64,000 nt of DNA. Source: Octopus sinensis (taxonomy: Eukaryota). The DNA is taken from assembly GCF_006345805.1 (NCBI RefSeq), contig NC_043004.1, positions 49,786,001 to 49,850,000 on the forward strand, given 5' to 3'. The stretch's first letter is position 1, and each line of letters begins with the position of its first letter. Positions 14,150 through 33,225 of this stretch are shown here, in pieces. Below the pieces are notes generated by a model. The model did no database searches. It was given only the letters and a program-made list of their open reading frames with translations, and was not told where the DNA came from. A program made the translations under genes and the position numbers.

Positions 14150-14700
14150 TAATTACTCACAAATATATTTCTAACAACCATGGACATCAGCAAACTTATC
14201 AGTTCCATACCTGCTATTCCCTCAGGCAAAAGATACTCAACACCACTGTAAGAAACAGCACAAAACACTGGCAAGCACACTGCCTGTTAAACCATCAAGC
14301 GTATGTAGCGTACAAGAACAACTTGCATTTTTCCGAACTGATTACCACAGAAGCCTGTTCTCCCACACGCCTTTCAACCTTTCATTTATAAAGTTATTTA
14401 CATAACTTTGCCACAGTTACACAAAATGAAAGCAAACTCATACGAAGATAATATCACATTCGTATCGTCACACTATTCTCCAGACATTGGTGCACAACTA
14501 TACCGACCTTACTCGAAGTAATAAAAAAGAAAACAAAAGAAAACATACAGACACAAAACGTAGCTGCATATTCAGCATCATGGTATATAAAGGAGTATCA
14601 ATATCGTTACTTGACCTGCGAGAAAAAGCAACAAAATTGCTCAAAATCGCAATCTACTGTCTTAACGTGGAAGGAAATAGCGTATAATGTATTCGTAAAA
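14150..14700 (+). mobile_element. Highly degenerate retroelement RT remnant, possibly Penelope-like
   Basis: MDISKLISSIP and SYEDNITFVSSH loosely resemble the PLE RT motifs DVxSLFTxIP and RYxDDIF. Weak. Confidence 0.25.
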
Positions 14701-14924
14701 CAAGGACGCCTGGTCATGGCTGGAATGCAGTAGACCATAGCGTTACTCAGTCATGTCTGACTTAGGGTTAAACAAAAATACAACTTCTAAACATGCACAA
14801 GTACATATACACTGAAATACACTGTATTATTCATTTCCACGCACGTTATTATAACTTTGTCGTCGTAAACGAGTGAGTGCCAGTTATATATATATATATA
14901 TATATTTATGATAGATCGTTAGCC

Positions 14925-15105
14925 ACTACACACATTTTTTCTCTCCTTGTTTCTCTCCTTGTTTTTTTCTGTGTCCCTTTCTGTAGAAGAGCGTAGGCTC
15001 GAAACGTAAAAGACTTTTTCTATTCCTGAGCGTTATACTAATACATCTGTTTGTTTTGTACACCTCCTGTCTCCGTCTTTTGTTTTTTTCGTAAACTCTC
15101 CTATA
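14925..15105 (+). mobile_element. Penelope-like terminal-repeat relic with a minimal hammerhead-like motif at 14977-15012
   Basis: cttt CTGTAGA a gagc-gtag-gctc GAAA c GTA aaag; shares the downstream ttcctgagcgt motif with 17350-17530. Confidence 0.6.
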
Positions 15106-15499
15106 TATATATATATATATATATCCTCGCTGTATGTGGCCGAGCATTATCCTGGAGGGAGAATACCTTTTGTCTTGAAATCAAAGATGGCCGCTTTTCT
15201 TATACCGCTGACTTAAGCTGCTCAAGCTGCTCGCAGTAGATCGCTTTCGTTATCGTTTGGTTTGAGTTTAAAAGCTCAGAGTGGACTAGACCTTTAACAT
15301 CCCACCAAATAGATAAGAACACCTTACGTGGGTGAAAACCTTTCTCCTTTTCCTACTCACTGTCTTCGGTGCTTGACATTTTTATAGAGAACCCATTTCT
15401 CGTTACCAGTCACTATTCGTTCTAAAAAAGGTTAATTCGTGGGAAATGACAGCAAAGAAGAGCATGCATTCACTCTCTACCCGCGATTAGACTCTGAAA

Positions 15500-15763
15500 G
15501 TTTGTGAGGAACCCATGACCCAATTTGCACTTTCCGTTGCGTTGTTACCTTTATTGAGATCATAAAGCAAAACATGTCGAGTATGCTCCTTTGTCATTTC
15601 CATGATATTTTTGAAAAAATAACTGTTAAAATCAAACTGCACTCTTTAAAACTTGCATTAAGAATAAAGACAAGGTAAAAGTCGATGCAAGTAGTCTATC
15701 CCGTCCCCCTCCGACTTTTAGTTCATGCAATTGAAAAACAAAAACATTATTTATGGGCTGACC

Positions 15764-15768
<5 letters not shown>
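15500..15768 (-). mobile_element. mariner 5' fragment (TIR plus transposase N-terminus)
   Basis: Minus strand TA|tgttgggtcagcccataaataa TIR; ATG at 15603 gives MEMTKEHTRHVLLYDLNKGNNATESA, a mariner HTH start. Confidence 0.7.
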
Positions 15769-15818
<50 letters not shown>

Positions 15819-16015
15819 GAGATAGGGGTTGAAATTCAACCCTCTATGGGATAACATATATCCAATATACTGCTAGAGAAGTACCCAACAAAGCTAATAC
15901 ATAAATGTTAAAAATTGCGATGCAATTAATTCATTTACTGTATTAGGTGGGCAAAGGTAAAATTATTTTTACCGTGAATTAATAATACAAAATGAGAAAA
16001 TGGAGAAATATATCT

Positions 16016-16236
16016 AAATCAATCATCAACTATCAGATAATACCGCATCATTAATTTATTAAACACTACACAATAGCAATGATATTATACATTAATACAG
16101 TACAATAATTACAATCAATATGGCGAACCATATTGATTGTAATTATTGTACTGTATTAATGTATAATATCATTGCTATTGTGTAGTGTTTAATAAATTAT
16201 ATGATGCGGTATTATCTGATAGTTGATGATTGATTT
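16016..16236. repeat. Near-perfect palindrome (108/109-bp arms, CGAA loop)
   Basis: Arms 16016-16123 and 16128-16236 are reverse complements except for one extra A. Confidence 0.95.
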
Positions 16237-16336
16237 NNNNNNNNNNNNNNNNNNNNNNNNNNNNNNNNNNNNNNNNNNNNNNNNNNNNNNNNNNNNNNNN
16301 NNNNNNNNNNNNNNNNNNNNNNNNNNNNNNNNNNNN
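16237..16336. other. Assembly gap (100 N)
   Basis: Run of N. Confidence 1.
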
Positions 16337-17349
16337 TGCTTGCAGATATTCATAAACATACACTCACGAACACCTATGTATGTGAATAAATAGACGGAAA
16401 CACCACACACACGCGCGCGCACACACACACAACATATACAAAAACTAGCTGATATACGTATGCTTCGGACAAAAACTCTCCTCATACAGACACGTACACA
16501 TGTGTGAAAACACTTTGAAAACAATATATACCTACACATTAACAATATACTCACACGTTCGAGCGCGTAGACACATGCACGCATAGACATATATATATAT
16601 ATAGATAATATATATATATATATATACAGTCAAGCATAAACACACACACAGAGGTAGATATATGTTTTATAAATACACATAGATGAAGACAGGCGTTACG
16701 TAATAATGATAATGATAACAACAAGAATAACAAGAATAATAAATGTTCCCCTAAGTAAAACACCTTGACTTGCACAAAACAATACGGGGAAAATGCGGCA
16801 AGCTGCGATGCACGTGCACGACACACACTTACACACAGGCATACATAAACGCTGACAAATACACATTGATACTCACACACACACACGTTTACATGCGCAC
16901 ACAATCACATTTATGCAGGGACATCTTACACACACTCTCAAGCACACGAATGCAGTTGTATCACCACACGTATGTACACACGTTTGCATGGACGCCAAAT
17001 AGTATACAAACACGCACTCGTACCCGCATGCGAAGAAACTCGAATACATACATACATACATACATACATACATACATGAAAGTACTAGTCAGTGTGAGGC
17101 ATTGAACTTCGTAATATCTCTAGTAAAATTGTTACTTAGAAATGTATTGAAATAAATATATTTCTTTGAAATCGCCGTTTCTTGCTCTCTGTACTGGCGC
17201 TCGCGTGCGCGCGGGCGCTTGTACGTGTGTGCGATCCGCTTCCCGACCACATGGTTCTGGGTTCAGTCTCACTGCGTGGCACCTTAGACAAGTGTCTTCT
17301 ACCATAGCTCCGAGCTGACCTAAACCTTGTGAGTAGATTTGGTTAGCGA

Positions 17350-17530
17350 TTTATTCCCCTGTCTTCCCTTCTCGGGATCTTTCCTTCTCCTATGTTTCCG
17401 ACGAAGAGCTCCGCTCGAAACGTCAAACCCTCCTTCTTCCCTTCTTTCCTGAGCGTCCAATAATACTTTATTTGTTCCACGTCCTTGCGTTGTTGTTTTT
17501 TTGTTTTTGTTTTCTTGTTTGGATTAACTG
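17350..17530 (+). mobile_element. Penelope-like terminal-repeat relic with a minimal hammerhead-like motif at 17394-17428
   Basis: gttt CCGACGA a gagc-tcc-gctc GAAA c GTC aaac. Confidence 0.6.
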
Positions 17531-18149
17531 TATGTATATATATATATATATATTATATATATATATATACACGCACAAACACGCGCGCGCACGTCTATGA
17601 GTTTGTGTTTGGTCCAATCACTACTTGATAATCGGTGTTGGTTTGTTTACTTACCCGTAAACAAGAACTGTGTGTATGTAAGTGTGTGTGTGGTTGTGTA
17701 TGTGTGTGTGCATGCGTACGAGTGTGTGTATATATGTGTGTGTGTGTGACATACTGAAATGTGAACAGACATAAGTCCAATAGCATACAAAAGTACAGTT
17801 CTTGTATTTGTTGGTGTAGTTTCTATTGTTGGCCAGAAAGAGCGAAGATGTTGAGGAAAATAAAGAAATAAATACGGGACTCTATGGTGGAACTCTATAT
17901 CATGCTGTGGTGAGACTATATTATGTAAAAATAGGGAGAAACGAAGGAGAATGAAGCTAACGATAAAACGGCAACTCGAAAATGTTTCCAACACAGGGCT
18001 GGAGTACGTAGGGTAGTTCTGGGCAAATTCCTACATTTAAGTTTTGGATTATTATGTTGCATCGTAGGGATAAATTTCTCTCTCTCTCTTTCTCTCTTTC
18101 TGTTTGTTGCATTCTGTTTATGGCTTTGGCATTGTCAGTTTTTCATAAT

Positions 18150-19440
18150 GCCCAGTGGAGGGTAGCACTTATTTCTCCATCTTCACCTTCTTCTTTCAAT
18201 ATTAGTAGCTGAAGAGGGGCTGGCCCAATGAAGGATTGCCACGCCCTCAAACTTTTCAACTACGCCAACCATTCACCAAAATCAGTAGGTATAAGAAAAC
18301 TAACTACCTCTCCTTGCCAAAAGATATTCACGGTATGTTCGACTGAATACGTTTCTGTTGTGCCCCCAAGTGCAACTGTTCCACACTACTGAACAAGTCG
18401 GTAATGTATGGACACTAGCCATCCACACAGGACAGCTTTGTTACACGGCGTACATCTCGGACATGTTCGTAAGCTAGCACTTTTGTACCCCTAGAAGTTA
18501 TCCCGAGCAAGCAATAAACCTCTCCACCAATATATAGCAATGCCATGTCAAAGAATTTTGAAATTATCTGTAATCCCGACACAAGCGTTAATGCAAAGAC
18601 ATTGCTCAGATGTCCTTATCGAAGCGCAGAATGCTTCTCAAACTATCGTTGCTTATACACATTGTTAACAATCGATAGAAAACGAAGTTTGACTTTTCCA
18701 TTACTTTCATTATTCACTTGGTAGGGTACAATGCAACATTCCAGATTCCAATATCCAACCTCGGTCTGCGCTGGACCCAGGACTATAAATCGGTGAAAGC
18801 GACGAGATGCGGACAGAAGTGTCGCACAAGTAGATCATATTTGTTCACCTTCATCGTCGCCCAGGAATCTCCACAGATACGTGCCTTCCACGAGAAGGAA
18901 AGCAATATGTGTTCCAGTCTGGTCAGCTGTTTCTTGAGATAAGGTATAACAGTCAGGCTATACACCAGTAGAGAGATGTAAGCATTAGCCGCTTCACTAA
19001 GAGGAAACTGTCCCTTTCTGAGAAATCTCCCACCCAGTGAAGTGACATTATACACGGAAGCAGACTCGGCCGTCTCACTGCTCTTCAACGTCTTTCTCAA
19101 CAATCCTGACCCTATCGCCAAAACGCATCAGAGATAAGAGAAGAGTCGGGGATTGATGGACCGAAAACGTGATGTAAAACGGTTTGACAACTGATCAGAT
19201 GCCGCCGTACATTGTAGAGATCCAGCTTCTGAACACAAGCGCAACTGGTTGCTTCGAAGAGAGCAGCGCGAAAGCGATCATAAACTCTATTGTTAACTTT
19301 AGACTGATCCAAAGTAGATAGTACTCCATTAAAGCTGCATCTATTCCTATTCCGTTTTACAATATATCGCATGAGGTGGACAATGTTGTCGACAGTTCTA
19401 TAACCGTAACACAAGTTGGCATGTCTTCAACTACACAAGC
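18150..19440 (-). mobile_element. Diverged L1/Tx1 ORF2 fragment
   Basis: Minus strand EAANAYISLLVYSLTVIP...RLEHILLSFSWK parallels EVANAYIVSVIYYRLTIVP...KLERLLFKFL of the 7.2-kb region; upstream RT remnants (TLDQSK). Confidence 0.7.
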
Positions 19441-19698
19441 GACTCCTTAGTGAAGAGTACTTTTAACTCTGTACTCAGCAGATTACCATTTGCTTTTCAT
19501 CCTTCCGGGTGGAAAAATAAGTACCAGTTTAACACTGGGGTCGATGTAATCGACTTAATCCCTACCCTGAAATTACTGACATTGTGCCAAAATTATTATT
19601 ATTATTATTATTATGGCGGCATAGATTATTCCCATGTTATTGTACCGAATTGCATTTTAATGTTTGGTTCTTTGTTATCCATGTGATAAAGGAAGCAC

Positions 19699-19774
<76 letters not shown>

Positions 19775-20832
19775 CATCATCATCATCATCATCATCATCG
19801 CTGTGCTTATTGTTGTCGTTGCTGCTTTTGTTGTTGTTTTTCTTTGCGACTATACAATGCCATTGAATTGATAGGAAAATATATATAAAAAAAACTTAAG
19901 TGATGGAAATATATATGTGTGTGTGTGTGTGAAATATACATACATAAACACACACACACGCGCGCACACATATAATATCAAGCCTCGGTAAAGAACCAAG
20001 AGGGCAGCCGTCGTGTGTTATCTGTGTGACGGGCGACCATGAAAAGTTTCATTTTTCGAAGTCGTCTGCTAAACAATGGCGACAAGACGGACTGAAAGTC
20101 GCCGCGCGAACTGAGAAGAAATAAAGTAAAACAGGAGAAAATAGAGGAAAGAAAAAAAAAGGGAATAAAACTGAATGAAATTAAGTAACTGGATAAAACA
20201 TCTGAATGAATAAATAAAGTAATGAATAAACGTAAAATAAATAAAGGACAACTAAAAGATAAAATGTGAGATAAAGAAAGACTATAAAATTACTAAGCTA
20301 ACACAAGCAAACGATTAAGAAATAAATAAAAGCTTAGAAAGAAAGATATTGAAATCAGATACATTAGTGAATGAAGCTGTTTTGTGTAGATTTATGAATG
20401 AATGAAGCTTAATATTTATATCGCATTAAACAGAATCTAAATAGTTATTGAACACTTTCTCTATTACCACGCGACCACATGCATACGCGTGGCTTACCGT
20501 GATTTGACAAGAGATAATATTCGTTTTGTTATTTAAACGATTTTAACAAGTTTCTCTGTTATTTCACACACACACACCACACACTATCTCTCTCTCTCTT
20601 TCCTCTTCTCTTCTCTCCCCCTTCCCCTCTCTCTCCTTTATTTATGCTAAACGTTCTTTTCCAGTCTTTGCTGTTCACAGGTTTATGTATGTTATATATT
20701 GATCAATCAATCAATCCATTATGGTATTCGTTACGAATATGGTTTTAAAGATTTATTTCGAATTCACAACTGTGGCAAGTGTGTGTATGCGGGCGCGCGT
20801 ATATGTGCATAGATTAATAAATAGATAACTAA

Positions 20833-20894
<62 letters not shown>

Positions 20895-20995
20895 TGATTG
20901 ATAGATAACCAGATAGGCACATACGCAGACAGAAAGATAGAATGATCTATCGCTCGATAAGCAGACAATCATATATATATATATACATATATATC

Positions 20996-21030
<35 letters not shown>

Positions 21031-21199
21031 ATATATATATTACATACATACATATATATATATATACATACATACATATATATATCTATATATTCTATAT
21101 ATATATATATATATAAATATACATTATATATAATCATAATCATACCTACATACATACATATATATTATATATATACATACATTATATATAGACATATAC

Positions 21200-21231
<32 letters not shown>

Positions 21232-21363
21232 TATATATAATATACATATATATTATACATATACATACATACATTATATATATATATATATATATTTATA
21301 CATATACATATACATACATATCTATATATACATATACATACATACACACACACACACGCATAC

Positions 21364-21416
<53 letters not shown>

Positions 21417-22195
21417 CAAGGTGCGATGTTTAAATTGTCGCCATTTTTTATTTCACGCATGCGCATTAGTTGTTTTTGATTTTGTCGACTACACAAGATA
21501 GCAGGGTCAGTAGGGCACCGTTTGTGAGAAAACACCATGTCACAATTCACTCTGCTAGAAATTTGGAAAAAACATGCTGTAAAGATTGGCATTCGCACCG
21601 GAAGTTCCAATACGAACATTTCAGAGTGTTTGAGTGTCAATCTGAGGACAGTGCAACCTGAGAACATGTACCGAGAGTGATGAAAAATCAAACATCCAGT
21701 CAACATCATGGTGTTTGGAGTGATCACTAGTGATGGCGACGGTATGCCCCCATTCGTCTTCCCACATGGCCTCACACTCAACAAGGAAGCCTGCATCAAG
21801 TGCCTAGAGAAAGTAGTGCTATCTTGAATCAAGAGGGTGGCTACTGGAAGACCTTATGTCTGGCAACAGGACTCTGTACCGTGCCACACAAGCAGGAGAA
21901 CCTAGTCATGGCTGTCAGACAATTTCTGCAACCACATCACCCCTAACATCTGGGCAACTAACTCCCCAGACTGCAACCCCCTTGATTATTATGTGTGGAG
22001 CGCAGTTGAGCGAGAAACCAATAAAACTCCTTGTAAGATCAAAGATGAACTGAAGGCGAGGATTATGGCAGCATTCACCAACATAAACAAGAATACCGTC
22101 CAGAAGAGTTGCAAGAGATTCCGAAGTCGTCTGGAGGTCGTGGTTGAAGCCAATGGCGATTTTATTGAATAAATTTGCTCTTTAGTGTTTTAAGA
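21417..22195 (+). mobile_element. Internally deleted maT (DD37D) Tc1/mariner-superfamily element
   Basis: TA|caaggtgcgatgtttaaattgtcgcc left end; ATG at 21537; IMVFGVITSDG...WQQD-(37 aa, one stop)-D within NSPDCNPLDYYVW...VVEANGDFIE* (TAA 22170-22172). First catalytic D region deleted; no right TIR found. Confidence 0.85.
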
Positions 22196-22376
22196 TATAT
22201 GTGTGTGTTTGTGTTATGTATACTCTATAACTCTTTAACTAGTACCAACTCAAAAGCTGCGGCCATGTTGAGGCACCAAAGTAAAACGGGAAGTACGGAA
22301 AGAATAAAAAGCGTATACGGATAAATTCATTTCATCAGTCAACTTTTTATCCAGAATCATTATGCACACACACAAA

Positions 22377-22430
<54 letters not shown>

Positions 22431-22480
22431 TAATCTTTCAGTTTAATGTAAATTGTTATTTCAATTCGACATAAACACCA

Positions 22481-22515
<35 letters not shown>

Positions 22516-23362
22516 ATATATATATATTATATGAATGTATGTGCGCGCGCGTGTATGCATGTACATTTGTTTTGGGTATACAAATGTGTAATAATAATAT
22601 AATCAACATTGACAAAAGCCGTTCCACCCAGTTAATCAAACATACATGACGATGGGGTGAGGGAAGGTGGCAACACAGATCAGCGTTACATATGAGGACA
22701 GTCAAGATGGCTGCTAACATTTAATCAGTGATCACTGGAGTTAATCGGAAACCGACATTCACTAGTGCATTAATCTCTCAAACACGGCAATGATCCGTGA
22801 TAGTTAACACCTGATTACGGCACCTGACAATGAACGTACCTTCCCACAACCTTCTACCGCCTTTTCTATTCCTTGCTCCCCTTACTCTTTCTATAAGTCT
22901 GACATGGAGCAGGTGATGCATGTTTAACAATGGGCTGTGGTGGTGAGGTTAGTGGTGAAAGGTGGTGGCGATGGGGAAATCGGTGGCGGTCGTGGTGGTG
23001 AAAGTGATTATGGTATTATTGAAAGTGGTTGGTGTTGTATTCTGGTTGCGGTGGTTTTGTGGTAAGGCATGGTGTGGTCTAACTTAGAAACTATAGCATT
23101 GAGTTTAAGAGAGTGTGGGTTAGATAGATAGATAGATAAATAGATAGATAAGGGAGGGAGAGAGAGATGGTTATGTTGACGGATAGATGCATGGATGGAG
23201 AGATAGATAGATAGATAGATAGACGGGTAAGGAGATTGATGGCTAGATAGAGGGAGGGAGAAATGGCTGGATAAATAGATGGCTAAATAGTCTCCGCCGT
23301 AGCTGTGTAAGCCAGAAAGAAAGGAGAGAGGGAGAGTGTGTGTGTTTGTGTATGTGTGTATA

Positions 23363-23409
<47 letters not shown>

Positions 23410-23997
23410 TGTGTGTGTGGTTTTGAAACAGCCCCTCTCCCTCTGAATCCGCTGTTCCGAATCCTCCGTTGTTTTGTTGCACAAATGTCACATGAGTGTC
23501 GATGATAGGGCAGCATTTAACAGACGACTCGCTAAATAGGTCATGCTTGCTTGCCTGCTCAGGTTTTACATGTTCAGCGAAGCGGATCATCGTCTTGTTT
23601 TCAGTCGTTCCCTTGCAATTGTGATGTTTGTAATTACGCTACCCGCACCAAAAACACTTGCTACCCAAAGGGCGGAAAGGGGAAGGCTGGCTAGTTGTGT
23701 TAGGGGATGGTGATTGCGGTGGATGTGGTGATTATGGTGACTGTGGTGGTGTTTATTGAAGATGGGTCAGGAAGTTACTGATGTAACTGCATTGTGGTTA
23801 ACCAGTTAATGACTTGGATAATGATCGGAATGTATTTTTTTATGTGCACGCAAGACCACACACGAAACACACACATACATCCAACATATAAATACACGTA
23901 TATACAACCGTACTTAAAAAAATGAAAGAAATAAACATTAGTACATAGATACGTATGCGCGTACACATACTCAGGCATATAGTCTGTCTGTAAGTGA

Positions 23998-24029
<32 letters not shown>

Positions 24030-24148
24030 GAACATATGCATATGTATATTTGTACATACACACACATATGTGCATATTTATATGTATGAATATATTTACG
24101 TATCTTCCTCTCTCTCTGGACACAAACACACACACACACACATACACA

Positions 24149-24231
<83 letters not shown>

Positions 24232-24337
24232 ACATTTGTCATTCTTAAGTTCGGAAAAACAACCTCAAAAAGACTACTCGCTGTATGTTGTAAAGTGTAT
24301 ACAGATTATAAGTCATTTGATATGCATATATGCATGC

Positions 24338-24408
<71 letters not shown>

Positions 24409-24479
24409 CCCCCTCCCTCCCTCCAGCCATCCATTCAGGGGACGAGATTAGACAGATAAGTACACACACAACTACGCAT

Positions 24480-24975
24480 TGATATTTTCAAATAACATAT
24501 CACGATTAATATCTTTACATAAGACATGACATATGATATCTTAAGAGATGTCTTAATTGATGTCTTTAGGTAATATTTTACAAATTATATCTTTAAGTAA
24601 CATATTTGTAACTGATGCCTTCAAATAACATAGTACATTTAATATCTTTACACAATATGTCACAAATGATGTCTTAAAATATTCTTAACATCTTTACATA
24701 TCACAATTGATATCGTTAAGTGACAAGTCATATATCCTTAAATAACATACTATATTTGATATCTCTTCATAACATGTCACAATCGATATCCAAAAGCAAC
24801 AAGCCATAACTGACATTCGTAAATATCAAATCACAATTGACATAAGCATGTCACAAATTATATCTTTAAATACGAAGTCGTGGCTGATATCTTCAAATGT
24901 GAGATCACACACTTTTGATATCTTTACATACAAATAACACGTCACAAATGATATCTCAAAGTATTCACAATTGTT
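24480..24975. repeat. Degenerate ~27-bp minisatellite, about 18 units
   Basis: Recurrent tgatatcttt...aataacatgtcacaat at roughly 27-bp spacing. Confidence 0.75.
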
Positions 24976-25632
24976 ATTATCACATACTGCGTCACATATA
25001 CTTTCTTAAGTTTACTGTTTCTAGTATTTACTTTGTGTTTAGGGAAATTTTAATCTAAAATTTCTATCTTTCTATAGATATTTCAAGAGTGTTCTTTAAA
25101 AGAAAATCAAGTATTTTCTTCGAAATGTGTAGATGATATTTTATGTATTTCTACAAGTGTTTAAATATTTTGGTAATTTGCCATTTTAAACGAAACAAGC
25201 AAATGTTCATATGGTTCGATGTCGTGGAATGATATGATGCGGTACAATGCATTATGTAATCTATTGCTGCTTTGCTCAATCCTGATAAACAGATCTCTGA
25301 TCCAAGGCATTCCAGCCATAACCATCCCGTCATTTATCAAGAGGTAAAGAATTTAGGACTACATCCAAAAGATTTTTTTTTACTTTTTCATGACTATATG
25401 AGGCTGATTCCATTTACTAATTCTAACATTTGGAACAAGTACACCATGAACCAACAAGATTGTTTTTTGTTGATCCATGGTGAATTGCGATGTGTTGTAG
25501 CGTAGTGTTGATTGGTGCAGTGGGATGTAAGATGGCGTCTTGTGCTGGTATTGTTTGGTGTTGTTCTCTATGCTGCGGTGAAGCGCAATGTATTCGATTT
25601 GTGTGCAGCGGTGTGATGTTGTACAGTAGACG

Positions 25633-26030
25633 TACCTGTGTGGTAAGAAGCTTGTTTCCCAACTACATGGTTCCAGGTTTAATCCTCCTACTGCGAGGAG
25701 GCACCTTGGGGTATTGTCTCCTACTATAGCCCCGGGCCGTCCAAAACTTTGTACGTGGATTTGAAGGCAAAAACTGAAATAAGTCCGTCGTATGTGTGTG
25801 TATGTGTGTATGTGTGTGTTTGTCTCCCACTACCTCTTGACAACCGGTGTTGCTTTGTTTATTCCACCCGCCCCTAATTTAGCGGTTCGGCAAAACAGAC
25901 CCGTAGAAAAGGTGCCATGCGTTAAAAATGAATAAGTACTAGAGCTGAATTGCTCGGCTAAGCCGTTGAAGGCAGTACCCCAACATGGCCGCAATCCAAT
26001 GACTGAAACAAGTAAAAAGATAAAAGAAAA
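25633..26030 (+). mobile_element. SINE family A, diverged copy
   Basis: Same head, microsatellite and tail order, with many substitutions. Confidence 0.75.
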
Positions 26031-26279
26031 CGGCATGGTATGGTGAGGTGTGGAGTAATGAAGCAGTGTGGTGGTGCGGTGTAGTGAAGTGGTGTGGCCG
26101 TGTGGTGTGCACATCTTTAATGTATCGTCGGCCATCGTTGCAGTTCTCCGACCCATGAAAATGTGACACGTGACACAATGACGTTTGTCAATAGACGTTC
26201 GATGAGAATTATCTGCATCGTTAACTTTACTCCTCCCACCAATCGTTTTCCTCCTCTTGCTTAATCGTTATTGTCGCCG

Positions 26280-26482
26280 TGGTCTTCTCCTTTCCTTCTT
26301 CTTCTTCTTCTTCTTCTTCTTCTGCTTCTTCTTCTTCTTCTACACCACCGCCGCTACTACTACTATTCGCCGCTGCCGTCATGACTATGACGACGACGAC
26401 GACGACGACCACCACCACACCACCACCGCTGCCGCCACAAATACCACCAATACCACCCACCACCACCACAACCACAACAACA

Positions 26483-26541
<59 letters not shown>

Positions 26542-26545
26542 CGCT
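26280..26545. repeat. Compound trinucleotide tract (TCT)(GAC)(ACC)(ACT)(GCT) just upstream of the gcm acceptor
   Basis: Direct reading. Confidence 0.9.
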
Positions 26546-26661
26546 GTTTTCAATGTCTGTGGAGCTCTCTATTAATGACTATTGTTTTCATTTTTCTCTT
26601 CTTTTTTTTCTTCTGGCAGATATTTCAAAGAAGGACTCCCTTGAATGGAGCAGCAGTGACA

Positions 26662-33080
<6,419 letters not shown>

Positions 33081-33219
33081 AGACACACAAGAGGGTATTA
33101 TATGGTGTTTATAATCTTTATACTTTCATATGCTTATGGACGTTGAACAAAATTATTTCCTTTAAAAGGAAAAGATAATATATATTTATTTTTCAAATTT
33201 AGATTTGAATATATTTTAC

Positions 33220-33225
33220 AATAAA
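33220..33225 (+). terminator. Candidate gcm poly(A) signal AATAAA (a second lies at 34072-34077)
   Basis: First AATAAA after the stop codon, in an AT-rich 3' region. Motif evidence only. Confidence 0.4.

Noticed and set aside
20076-20115. ATGGCG start resembling a first coding exon
   Set aside because: The frame stops after 12 codons and there is no good donor.
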